IMG/VR virus record: IMGVR_UViG_3300033053_000017 | Location: 1 to 64,000 of that record | Direction: 5' to 3' (one strand) | DNA length: 64,000 bases | Origin: a virus | Part shown: positions 1 to 8,195 of the stretch, piece after piece | Layout: every line of letters starts with the position of its first letter | Numbering within the stretch: position 1 is the first letter of the stretch | Notes under the pieces: generated by a model | What the model saw: only the letters and a program-made list of their open reading frames with translations | What the model was told of the DNA's origin: nothing | The model's database searches: none | Program-made: the position numbers and the translations under genes

Positions 1-5
1 CCACT

Positions 6-33
6 TTTACACCTCGCTTTCTTATGATATAAT
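6..33 (+). promoter_or_regulatory. Sigma-A-type promoter inside IR arm A
   Basis: TTTACA (6-11), 16-nt spacer, extended -10 TGaTATAAT (25-33). It reads rightward, convergent with recT. Confidence 0.6.
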
Positions 34-39
34 ATAAAT

Positions 40-224
40 ATATAACTAAGAGAAAACCGTTATTTAGGCACTCTTAGAGATTATAGAGTACACTCTATAG
101 TTTGCGGTGTTGTCAATCACCGTATCGTAACCTACGTTTGAGATGGGAGGTACTTTGTACCATGTACCATGTGTAGTAGAGTTACAAGCACCCACTTCAA
201 CGAAGTAAGTGGTGTGTCATTGAC
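40..224 (+). ncRNA. Candidate structured untranslated RNA (IR arm A transcript)
   Basis: Lies downstream of the promoter and has no SD-led ORF. Hairpins: 46-52/71-77, 82-88/93-99, 105-109/118-122, 149-153/157-161 (alternative partner 164-168), 189-197/207-216. Confidence 0.4.
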
Positions 225-267
225 GTTTGCCTCCTTTCAGGAGAGAGCATTTTGGATACTCTCTCAG

Positions 268-1212
268 TTAAAATCCTGGGCCTTCTTCATTGCCTAGCAT
301 ACTTTGTTGCCCTTGGATAACTTCTTCTTTGACTTCATTGGCTGGTGTTGGTTCTACATCAATTATCTTTTCTTCTTTTGATTCTTCTTCCTGAATATCT
401 ATAGGCTGAGTATTTGCCTTTTCTTTGATTTCTTCTTTGACTTCATATTCAACATTGTCAACCATATTAGATTTATCATACTTTTCATCATCATCTACAC
501 TTTGAGCATCATTGAAAGCTTCTATCAATACGTCGCTATCGTCTGAAGTATTTACAAACAGCTTACAGCAGCGGTTAATAACAGTCTTCTTCACCATTTG
601 ATCTGTAAAATTCTTATGTGCGCCACTATTGCCTTTTGCATAACCTTGATTCCAAGCTGCCCTTATTTGATTCATATTCATTACTTCAGTGTAGATTGGA
701 CCATGTTCACCCATAACCACAGCAAAAGCACCTTTGATTTTATTATTGTCTACATTCTCAAATTTAGGGTTAAACTTAGTTATCTTTAAGGTACATGTAT
801 CTAAGTCAAATTCCTGCTCAAATTCATCACCTTCGTAAATTACAAAAGCTTTTATATCTTTAACGCCTCTTAATCTTTTTGTAGCTGCTATAGTTCCCAT
901 GTAGGACCTCATAAGGGTTAGTTTCCCACCGTACACTACAAAATAAGCTTGTTTCTTGCTAATGGACAACCCTTGTATTACCATATTAAGAAGTGCATTA
1001 GCTATACTTTCTTTGCTGCATACTTGTAAAGCCGGTTGATGGTTTTTGTCCTCTGTTTCCTGAAGAACTAACCAAGCTGATTTTAAAGCATTAGCATAGC
1101 TGTAGTTTGCTGGAAACTGGAGATTGTTCTCCTTTTCCAAGTCCTTCACCCTATTTAACACTTGATCTGATAAGTTTTTTTCCATTGTAGTTATTGCTTT
1201 ATTATTTTCCAT
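268..1212 (-). CDS. recT: RecT-family single-strand annealing recombinase
   Basis: 314 aa. The core (NLQFPANYSYANALKSAWLVLQ...QAYFVVYGGKLTLMRSYMG) resembles RecT/Bet-type SSAPs from memory, with an acidic C-tail. It is the last gene of a recombination operon. Confidence 0.75.
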   Translation of the reverse strand: MENNKAITTMEKNLSDQVLNRVKDLEKENNLQFPANYSYANALKSAWLVLQETEDKNHQPALQVCSKESIANALLNMVIQGLSISKKQAYFVVYGGKLTLMRSYMGTIAATKRLRGVKDIKAFVIYEGDEFEQEFDLDTCTLKITKFNPKFENVDNNKIKGAFAVVMGEHGPIYTEVMNMNQIRAAWNQGYAKGNSGAHKNFTDQMVKKTVINRCCKLFVNTSDDSDVLIEAFNDAQSVDDDEKYDKSNMVDNVEYEVKEEIKEKANTQPIDIQEEESKEEKIIDVEPTPANEVKEEVIQGQQSMLGNEEGPGF

Positions 1213-1420
1213 TTTCTATTCCCTCCAATGTATTAATTTTTTCTTTAAAAGTTTTCATATCAACCCATGAAGATAAACAAAAATCTTCATGATATAATCT
1301 TATATTTAATTTATTGCCACGTTTGGCTATCAAGGTTTGCATTGGCAATTCAACGTATGCAACATTATTTTCATTTAGCATGTCTTTAAAATCATTAAAT
1401 TGTTTAGACAAATCTGCCAT
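1202..1420 (-). CDS. Hypothetical protein (72 aa)
   Basis: ORF tightly packed between the ATPase and recT, overlapping both neighbours by a few nt. Confidence 0.5.
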   Translation of the reverse strand: MADLSKQFNDFKDMLNENNVAYVELPMQTLIAKRGNKLNIRLYHEDFCLSSWVDMKTFKEKINTLEGIENGK

Positions 1421-3378
1421 TATAATTCCTTCCTCTCTATTTTAAGTTCTTTATCTTTACTTACTACTAAACATACCATTTGTGAATTGGTTGGTAGTAT
1501 ATCGTTGATGCTCTCAGCATTATCTACAAATACAGGAACTTCGATTTTATAATGATCTGATAGAGCAACTATAATATCTAAGCCTGCATTAATTCTCATG
1601 GCTGAGTTAAGACTTTCATATGGAACTCCATTAACCGTAGCTGTGCAGCACTCCTCCAAACCGCCATTTATCAAGCTATTAAACAATTTAAAGTTAACTA
1701 ATTTGAATTTATTGTTTATGCTGCTTTCCATAAGCTCAACTTTAGTTTTAATAAATTCCTCACATAAGAACTCTTGACCCTCTATTTTCGCTATCTGTTC
1801 CCCTAATGCTTTTTCCTGATCCATTAATTCTTGTATTCTAGCTTTTATAGTTTCATTTTGTTCTTTTGCCATAAGTTGCTTTTTAACTTCATCCATCTTG
1901 GCTGTAAATTCTTTTTTCTTATCTCTTAATTCTGAGGCTAAATTATTATTTTCTATTCCTTCAGATCCTTCAGTTATTAAAGCTTTCATGTAATCAATTT
2001 CCTTTAATAAGTTCTGATATTCTTCATTTTTACTTAATACATCTACTGGCTTAAATTCTGATATTGCAATTTCAATTCCTTTAACTTCGGCTGTAAGCTC
2101 CTTTATATCATTTTCTATGTTTCCTATTGCATTGTCTATGCCTTTTATATCCTCTTGAAGTTTTTCAATTGTAGTTTTGCCCTCTTTGCCTTTTTTGCCT
2201 ATGGCTGAAAGTTCTCTTGATTTATTTTGGTTGAAGTTTTCTACTATTTCAGCTTTTTTAGTTTCAACGTCATGTTCTTCGAATGGTCTGTTACATGTAG
2301 GACATATAAACTTAGATTCATCAAATATTAATGCTTTTTTATTAACTTCATGCCATTTTGCCCTTAATTCGTCGTTAGCCTTAGTTACATCGGCTATTGT
2401 ATTTTCACAAATTGTCTTCTTTTCAAATAGGTTATTTAGCTTATCTTCTGCTGATCTCAATTCATATTCTGCCTTTTGAAGCTTGGATTTTAATTCAAAT
2501 AGCGGTTTATCCTTATTGCTGTTAGCTTCGTTTTCTATAGCTTGTAATTTGCTTTGTAAGCCATATAATGCTTTTTGCTTTTCCAAAGTATCTTTAGCGA
2601 CTTTTCCATTGTCTAAAAGCTTATCTTCAATATCTTTTAAGTCATTTTCATAAGTCTGCAGTTGTTGTTCTAAATCTTTCCAATCATATTCATTCAGGGA
2701 GTTATTCAATTCATCTATTCTATAAGGTATTGATTTTATATCGTCATTAAGTTTCTTTCTCCTGGCTGCTGTACTTCTTTTTAATGTGTCAATGTCTTTA
2801 TCCTCTAGTAGCGGTGTCAATGCTCCTAATTCACTGTTATAATTAATTACTCTATCCTTTGTTATATCTCCAACTATGTCTAATATTACATTCCTTCTAT
2901 CCTGCCATTTTAGAACCGTATTAAAGTATAAAGGGTTGCTCACAAGCTTGAATAGTTTTTCATCAATTATGCTATTTATCTTATCCTGGTATTCACTTTT
3001 CTTAACTGGTACCTCATCTATATAATAAAGTGTTTCATGCCCTGTGAATTGCTTTTCTGCTTCTCCTTTTTTCTTAGTCCACTTTTCTTTAAAAGTTTTA
3101 GTTAGCGTTACTGGCTTCTCGTTGACCTCCAATACTGCGGTTACTGTATGTTCTAATCCATGAATAGCTTCGTTATTGCTATCTAGTGTTTTGATCTCAA
3201 AGTCCTTTCTGTCTTGGCTGTCTTTATCGAATAGTAACCAAAAGAATCCATCTGCTATAGTAGTTTTGCCTGTTGCGTTCTCTCCTGAGATAGAAGTTTT
3301 CTCCCCAAATTTTACGTCTAAGTCCTTAACTCCTTTAAAGTTTTTAAGAGTAAGACTTATAAGTTTTATTTTATTCAT
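1420..3378 (-). CDS. Rad50/SbcC-like SMC-family ATPase with zinc hook
   Basis: Walker A GENATGKTT near the N-terminus, a long coiled coil, a central CPTCNRPF (CxxC hook) and a C-terminal Walker B VPVFVDNAE. Confidence 0.8.
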   Translation of the reverse strand: MNKIKLISLTLKNFKGVKDLDVKFGEKTSISGENATGKTTIADGFFWLLFDKDSQDRKDFEIKTLDSNNEAIHGLEHTVTAVLEVNEKPVTLTKTFKEKWTKKKGEAEKQFTGHETLYYIDEVPVKKSEYQDKINSIIDEKLFKLVSNPLYFNTVLKWQDRRNVILDIVGDITKDRVINYNSELGALTPLLEDKDIDTLKRSTAARRKKLNDDIKSIPYRIDELNNSLNEYDWKDLEQQLQTYENDLKDIEDKLLDNGKVAKDTLEKQKALYGLQSKLQAIENEANSNKDKPLFELKSKLQKAEYELRSAEDKLNNLFEKKTICENTIADVTKANDELRAKWHEVNKKALIFDESKFICPTCNRPFEEHDVETKKAEIVENFNQNKSRELSAIGKKGKEGKTTIEKLQEDIKGIDNAIGNIENDIKELTAEVKGIEIAISEFKPVDVLSKNEEYQNLLKEIDYMKALITEGSEGIENNNLASELRDKKKEFTAKMDEVKKQLMAKEQNETIKARIQELMDQEKALGEQIAKIEGQEFLCEEFIKTKVELMESSINNKFKLVNFKLFNSLINGGLEECCTATVNGVPYESLNSAMRINAGLDIIVALSDHYKIEVPVFVDNAESINDILPTNSQMVCLVVSKDKELKIERKEL

Positions 3379-3404
3379 TTTTACATATCCCCTTTCCCTT
3401 TTAT

Positions 3405-3710
3405 CTAAACCTCATAATCCTCTTGAGTCTCCGCTATCAATAGTTCTCTTTCTTCCTTATCCTGCTTCATTAAGTCCTTAGTCATTTTAACCATTTGATC
3501 GTGATACTTCTCAGCATCCTTAAAGCTTATTCCTAATGACTTAGCAAGTTCGTTGATAGCATAAGCCCTGATATTATTGTCGTGTAGCTTCTCTGCATCA
3601 ACATATGGTATATCTTTAGTGATAGCTGTCTTAGCTATTTCAAAACACCTTTCGTTGTCTGCTTTTTTAAGGTTTGTAATATTTTTTATCATTAACTTTC
3701 CCCCACTCAC
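3405..3710 (-). CDS. Hypothetical protein
   Basis: ORF in the recombination operon. The real start is probably the internal Met at 3692 (MIKNITNL), which is preceded by a GGGGGA SD. Confidence 0.5.
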   Translation of the reverse strand: MSGGKLMIKNITNLKKADNERCFEIAKTAITKDIPYVDAEKLHDNNIRAYAINELAKSLGISFKDAEKYHDQMVKMTKDLMKQDKEERELLIAETQEDYEV

Positions 3711-3734
3711 TTATATTTTTACCTCTAAGCCTTT

Positions 3735-3875
3735 TTATTTTTTAAGTTTGTCTTGAAGCTTCATTGTTACGTAGGCATTTTTAGTTATACCTAGTTTTTT
3801 TATTTCTTCTTCGATCTTTTCATTTAATTCTGCTGGGATTCTAATTGAGAACTTTACAAAATTCTTATCTGTCAA
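3735..3875 (-). CDS. Ribbon-helix-helix (CopG/Arc-like) DNA-binding protein, first gene of the recombination operon
   Basis: Below the ORF-track size cutoff. TTG start 7 nt after GGAGG. 46 aa TDKNFVKFSIRIPAELNEKIEEEIKKLGITKNAYVTMKLQDKLKK shows a strand-helix-helix pattern. Confidence 0.55.
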   Translation of the reverse strand: MTDKNFVKFSIRIPAELNEKIEEEIKKLGITKNAYVTMKLQDKLKK

Positions 3876-3901
3876 TGTCTTTACCTCCCTTCCATGATTT
3901 T

Positions 3902-3930
3902 ATTGTATCACCCTTTTAGTTATTTGTCAA
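3902..3930 (-). promoter_or_regulatory. Promoter of the RHH/ATPase/RecT operon
   Basis: On the minus strand: TTGACA, 17 nt, TACAAT. Confidence 0.55.
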
Positions 3931-3995
3931 ACCTTTTTGCAATCTTTTTTCACCTCTATTTAATATTATTTTACCCTTTTTAAATCCTTTTATAC

Positions 3996-4025
3996 ATATA
4001 AAAAGGAACCTTTTTTCAAGGCTCC
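3996..4025 (-). terminator. Rho-independent terminator after the accessory-gene run
   Basis: Minus-sense GGAGCC-loop-GGUUCC hairpin followed by UUUUUAUAU. Confidence 0.55.
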
Positions 4026-4052
4026 TAGTACGTATTGTAGTTGAATTGCGAA

Positions 4053-4394
4053 TTAAGTATGTTGTTCATTAACTGCAATTAGTAGTCTGTTTAATTCATC
4101 ATAGTAGCCATTAGAGTAATGGAGATTGTTAAATCTTGATACCATATTTCTACCCTTGCACTTATTGACTTCTTTTATAAAATTACATATGTTTTTAAAA
4201 TAACATCCATGAACGCTTAACTCGTCTGTAGTCCATTTGTGGTTATCATCACATTTATGTCCTATGAGATACCATATCCCTCTATCTCCCCTGTAATCCA
4301 GTTGAAAAAACACATACTTATCTACATCAATTTCTACTATTGGATATTCAACCCAATCAATTGTCTGTCTTATACATTCTAAATTTAATTTCAT
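4053..4394 (-). CDS. Hypothetical protein (113 aa)
   Basis: Co-directional ORF with no motif I recognise. Confidence 0.55.
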   Translation of the reverse strand: MKLNLECIRQTIDWVEYPIVEIDVDKYVFFQLDYRGDRGIWYLIGHKCDDNHKWTTDELSVHGCYFKNICNFIKEVNKCKGRNMVSRFNNLHYSNGYYDELNRLLIAVNEQHT

Positions 4395-4481
4395 TACCTT
4401 TACTCCCTTCAGTTAATACGCATAATTTTCAGATTACGTTTTATTTGAGGTGGTTTTAAGATGCTTTTACCACCTCATAGA

Positions 4482-4670
4482 CTATTTTTTAATTGGTAAG
4501 TAGTCTGTTACTTTATTCCCATAAAGCCCTCGTTCTTCCGCTGTTCTATTTAATTTGTCCACATCTATTCTTTTAGGTAAAATTTCTTCCTTATCTCTAT
4601 AACAATAGTTGCTGTTTTCGTCCCAACAACCTTTAATCATTTCTGTGCAGTTTCTACAGTCCTTAGCCAT
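4482..4670 (-). CDS. Small Cys-rich hypothetical protein
   Basis: 62 aa with CRNC...C...C. Abuts the upstream ORF. Confidence 0.5.
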   Translation of the reverse strand: MAKDCRNCTEMIKGCWDENSNYCYRDKEEILPKRIDVDKLNRTAEERGLYGNKVTDYLPIKK

Positions 4671-4898
4671 TTATTGTCCCTCCAATTTTTTAAATAATGC
4701 TTCTATTAAAGTTGATTTGCCATGTTCAACATGTCCTATAACACCTATGTTTATTTTCTTTTTATGCTCATAATTTGTGCATTTCTTACCATTCCAAAAT
4801 GTACAATCTCTATAACAATCCCAATTGTTTATTCCTATACATATAGTACAATGTAGCCTTCCTTGTTTATCTTCACTGGTTTCGTTGCTATAGTTCAT
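4671..4898 (-). CDS. Cys-rich protein ending in an orphan translational-GTPase G1 (P-loop) motif
   Basis: 75 aa. The C-terminal INIGVIGHVEHGKSTLIEALFK resembles the GHVDHGKT/STL G1 box of EF-Tu/SelB-type GTPases, but the ORF stops straight after it. Confidence 0.5.
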   Translation of the reverse strand: MNYSNETSEDKQGRLHCTICIGINNWDCYRDCTFWNGKKCTNYEHKKKINIGVIGHVEHGKSTLIEALFKKLEGQ

Positions 4899-5029
4899 AA
4901 AATCACTCCTTCGCCTTTTTTAACTTTCTTATAACTAAAACCAGCATCTTTAATAGTTTTTTCAAATTCTTCATCAGTCATATTGTCAAACATCGAGTTT
5001 AATTCTTTTAATTTTTCTTCTTTATTCAA
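4895..5029 (-). CDS. Small hypothetical protein (44 aa, TTG start)
   Basis: AGGTGA SD then TTG. Its stop overlaps the next ATG (TTATGA). Below the track cutoff. Confidence 0.3.
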   Translation of the reverse strand: MNKEEKLKELNSMFDNMTDEEFEKTIKDAGFSYKKVKKGEGVIL

Positions 5030-5103
5030 AAAATTCACCTCATTTACTTCACATATTTATCAGTTCACTAATTAATTCTTATACAATATTTTCGAATTGT
5101 GGC

Positions 5104-5496
5104 TTACCATCCTGCAAATTCATGTAAATTTTCATATTCTTCCTTTGGCATTTCAAAGCATTTAAAAGTCAATCCTTCAATATCATACTTTTCACCAATA
5201 TTTAAATTCGATATTTTTTCTATGCAATCTTTTATATCAATATTCCATTCTTCACATTCATTAAAATCTTGCACCTCATTATTAAAATCCTTTGGATTCT
5301 TAGTACACCATCCAGTTTCATTGCAATAATAAATTTGATATAACTTAACCATATCATTAATAATTCTACTTTGTACTTTGCCACTAGGAGTAATAACATA
5401 ACCGCCACAATCGCATTTCATTCCATAATCTTTTGGTGTTGTATTGGATATATCATGTTCTTTATTACATGACCAACAATACGCTAAAATTTTCAT
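5104..5496 (-). CDS. Zinc-ribbon-containing hypothetical protein
   Basis: 130 aa with CWSC...CDCGG cysteine pairs. Confidence 0.55.
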   Translation of the reverse strand: MKILAYCWSCNKEHDISNTTPKDYGMKCDCGGYVITPSGKVQSRIINDMVKLYQIYYCNETGWCTKNPKDFNNEVQDFNECEEWNIDIKDCIEKISNLNIGEKYDIEGLTFKCFEMPKEEYENLHEFAGW

Positions 5497-5571
5497 TATT
5501 TAATCTCTCCCTTTTACTTCACAATATCTTCAGGTTGTGCATTTATCATTAAATTTTAAATATTGAGTGAA

Positions 5572-5844
5572 TTACCTATACAAACTTTCAACTATTTTTA
5601 TAACTTCTTCTTTTCTTAAGCCCAATCTTTGAATTTGAGAATTTAAATCTTTTTTAAATATATTTATTTCAGTCTTTTCAATGCTTGAATTACTGACTAT
5701 AAATCTCTCAACTAATGGTAATTCACTTTTACCAATCCATTTTAACCATGCCCCACAATCACCACAAATTAAAGCCTTTTGACTTCCTCTGTCATCAATA
5801 AATACATCTACACTACCACACTTAGTACAAGCATAATTTCTCAT
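5572..5844 (-). CDS. Zinc-ribbon-containing hypothetical protein
   Basis: 90 aa with CTKCGS...CGDCGA pairs. Confidence 0.55.
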   Translation of the reverse strand: MRNYACTKCGSVDVFIDDRGSQKALICGDCGAWLKWIGKSELPLVERFIVSNSSIEKTEINIFKKDLNSQIQRLGLRKEEVIKIVESLYR

Positions 5845-5888
5845 TTTAATACCTCCATTTACTTCACAATATAATCAAATTACGATTC

Positions 5889-6623
5889 TTATTCGGTCAA
5901 TCCTAAATCCATCATTGTGTCTAAATCTATTAAAGCTGCATCATAAAGTTCTTTTATATCATTTTCTAATATGAGTTTTACAAACTCAGTTCCTTTGTCT
6001 TCTGTCCACCCATGCCTTATAGATGTTCCCCAAGAGATAAAATTCGCATGATCCATAAGAATTATCAAGGAATAAGTCAGTGCCTCACTTTCTAGTTTTT
6101 CTTTTATCTGTTCCACATCATACACATAATAAGTCTTTTCGTTTTTAAAAGTACTGAAGGCATCTTTTAAACTTTTTAGTATAGGCATTTCCCCAGTACC
6201 ATAGCAATAGCAATTAAACTTTTCCCACAATGGATAGAATTTTAATATTAATTCTTTGTTTTTTAGCATAGTTTTCGCTTCACTTTTAACAGCATAAATA
6301 TAAAATTTTTTTATTTGAATGTTCTTATTAAATATATTCTTGTTTTCGATAAGTCCATCAAATTTAGCGGCTTCTCTTTCTATGTTTTCTTTTGTGGCAT
6401 CTTTTGAATATAAATCTATAAATAATAGCTTTGTTGAACCATCTATATATTCAATTAAAATTCGTCCACCTTCTTTAAAATGTTTGATAGCTTCTGGCTT
6501 AGGCACTTCTTTCCGTTCAAATTCAAGTGTTCCTTTAATAAAAGGTATGTCGAATTTTTTATCAAACTCTTCTGCACTACAGGTAACTTTACCCATAAAA
6601 TCATTTTTTAACACGATTGTCAC
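5889..6623 (-). CDS. Hypothetical protein (244 aa)
   Basis: Long co-directional ORF with no recognisable motif. Confidence 0.6.
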   Translation of the reverse strand: MTIVLKNDFMGKVTCSAEEFDKKFDIPFIKGTLEFERKEVPKPEAIKHFKEGGRILIEYIDGSTKLLFIDLYSKDATKENIEREAAKFDGLIENKNIFNKNIQIKKFYIYAVKSEAKTMLKNKELILKFYPLWEKFNCYCYGTGEMPILKSLKDAFSTFKNEKTYYVYDVEQIKEKLESEALTYSLIILMDHANFISWGTSIRHGWTEDKGTEFVKLILENDIKELYDAALIDLDTMMDLGLTE

Positions 6624-6748
6624 TCCTTATTATTTAGAATTTATTCTAGTAGTGTGTTTTCTCTCCTTAATTAATCACCTGTCCCACCGCTATAGCAACA
6701 CTTATTCCTGCTAATAGATATATTGCAATTTTTATTAGTTCCATACTA

Positions 6749-7027
6749 CTACTTCCCATATTCACTATTTATATAAAGCTTTGCATCTCTGCCATATCTA
6801 GGCGTTATGGTTATACTTGTATTACATTGAGCAACTATATATTCAGCTCCTGTTTCCGTATCTACATAAATGGATATAGTTCCATCTATAACATTCCCTT
6901 GACTGTATACCTGAATAAACTTATCATTACCGGCCTTGGCTGGTGTATCTGTGCAGCTGGTAAAAGCCATAACACTTAAAGTAACAACTCCCACTGCTAG
7001 CAATAGATTGATTATTTTATCTCTCAT
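6749..7027 (-). CDS. Putative lipoprotein
   Basis: Signal peptide MRDKIINLLLAVGVVTLSVMAFTSC with a lipobox-like FTSC. Confidence 0.55.
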   Translation of the reverse strand: MRDKIINLLLAVGVVTLSVMAFTSCTDTPAKAGNDKFIQVYSQGNVIDGTISIYVDTETGAEYIVAQCNTSITITPRYGRDAKLYINSEYGK

Positions 7028-7573
7028 TTATTTTTCCTCCCCTATTTCCTTTTTAATTATATCTCCCAAAATAGGCATTATTATATCTGCAAAAGCATGA
7101 GCTTGAGGTGAAAAACCTTCTATAATATCAAATGAATACCATGGTTCATCATAATATTTGCGTACAATGCTACTCTCATAACATTGATGCTGTAAACTTT
7201 CACTAGAAAGGTAATAATCAAATTCAATTATTTCATCCCATAATTCTCTTGCCTGTTCTTTGTCTAATTCCCCTTCTTTTCTTGCCCTTATAACTTCTTC
7301 TTTCCAGGCTTTTTCGGTTTTTTCCTCATAATAGTGTTTATCATCTGCTACCTTGCCTAGAAAATATGGTTTATCACTAACTAGTTCTAATATAAAATGC
7401 TTAAAACTTTTTCTGCCATGACTAGGCCAGCTGTATGAATAATTGTCATAATCTGATTGAGCATTAAATAGCCCTCCATTTTCATCTATAGTAATTGTTG
7501 CCCATCCATAATCATCTACTAGCCTTATATCGTATCTTTCACATGTAGATTTTTTAAAATTATATTTTTCCAT
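7028..7573 (-). CDS. Hypothetical protein (181 aa)
   Basis: Co-directional ORF that abuts the lipoprotein gene. Confidence 0.6.
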   Translation of the reverse strand: MEKYNFKKSTCERYDIRLVDDYGWATITIDENGGLFNAQSDYDNYSYSWPSHGRKSFKHFILELVSDKPYFLGKVADDKHYYEEKTEKAWKEEVIRARKEGELDKEQARELWDEIIEFDYYLSSESLQHQCYESSIVRKYYDEPWYSFDIIEGFSPQAHAFADIIMPILGDIIKKEIGEEK

Positions 7574-7644
7574 TTACATATCCCCCTTGATTTATATTAT
7601 CCCCTATATGAACCATAGAGGCACTTTTTAGCTTGTTTTATTAC

Positions 7645-7803
7645 TTAATTGAATAAATCCTTTGCCATCTCAAAATGTATCCCCATATTCGTCATTTCGG
7701 TATTAAACCACTGTTCTAATTTATCAAGTCTTTTTTCATTCTTTTTGCTTAGTGTTGCAGCGGAATTATATTTGTCTAGTAGCTTGGAATATTCTATAAT
7801 CAT
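7645..7803 (-). CDS. Small hypothetical protein (52 aa)
   Basis: Its ATG overlaps the upstream stop (ATGA). Below the track cutoff. Confidence 0.35.
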   Translation of the reverse strand: MIIEYSKLLDKYNSAATLSKKNEKRLDKLEQWFNTEMTNMGIHFEMAKDLFN

Positions 7804-8195
7804 TCTTTATCACCTCTAATAATTTTTAAATTAGGCTTGTTTTTAGGTTCCTCGTAATTTTCGTGATACTCATTTACAAAGTAATCACAATTGCAATGTA
7901 TATATAAATAGCCACTCTGTTTATCCCAACTTAAATGATGTATTCTTCTTATCCTCAATTCTGTTTCAACTCCATGTAATTCATAACCATTACACCATCT
8001 ATCCAACATAGGAGTTTCACTGTATAATGCCACCGGTATTTTTAAATCCTTATTTCTTATACAGCCCCTTTCATCCACTTTGAATACTAAACAACTTTTT
8101 TCATCCCTAGGAGATTCTTGACTAGTACATTCCCCTCCATGAGTGCGGTTTCTGATACAATAAGCACATTGTAGTCTGTTAGGTATAATTTTCAT
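7800..8195 (-). CDS. Cys/His-rich hypothetical protein
   Basis: 131 aa. Overlaps the rep stop by 4 nt, which suggests translational coupling. Confidence 0.55.
   Translation of the reverse strand: MKIIPNRLQCAYCIRNRTHGGECTSQESPRDEKSCLVFKVDERGCIRNKDLKIPVALYSETPMLDRWCNGYELHGVETELRIRRIHHLSWDKQSGYLYIHCNCDYFVNEYHENYEEPKNKPNLKIIRGDKE

Larger units (their letters stand above)
1..224. repeat. Inverted repeat arm A (reverse complement of 16658-16880). The window starts at or inside it, so it may extend further left.
   Basis: Base-by-base comparison gives 4 substitutions (arm-A positions 16, 30, 130, 137) and one 1-nt indel near 34 over 224 nt. Identity stops after CATTGAC at 224. Confidence 0.95.

Noticed and set aside
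142-207. A 21-aa ORF (MGGTLYHVPCVVELQAPTSTK) inside the IR unit.
   Set aside because: It has no SD upstream and lies within predicted helices, so it is most likely fortuitous.
40-224. The IR RNA as a T-box or other known riboswitch.
   Set aside because: GAGAUGGGAGGUACUUUGUACC superficially recalls the T-box GGGUGGUACC core. However, there is no UGGN bulge, no specifier-loop/K-turn arrangement and no terminator/antiterminator pair. No other riboswitch consensus that I can recall fits either. The element is left as unclassified.
4671-4898. A functional small GTPase.
   Set aside because: Only the G1 motif is present. The ORF ends about 10 residues after it, and the downstream ORFs lack G2-G5.
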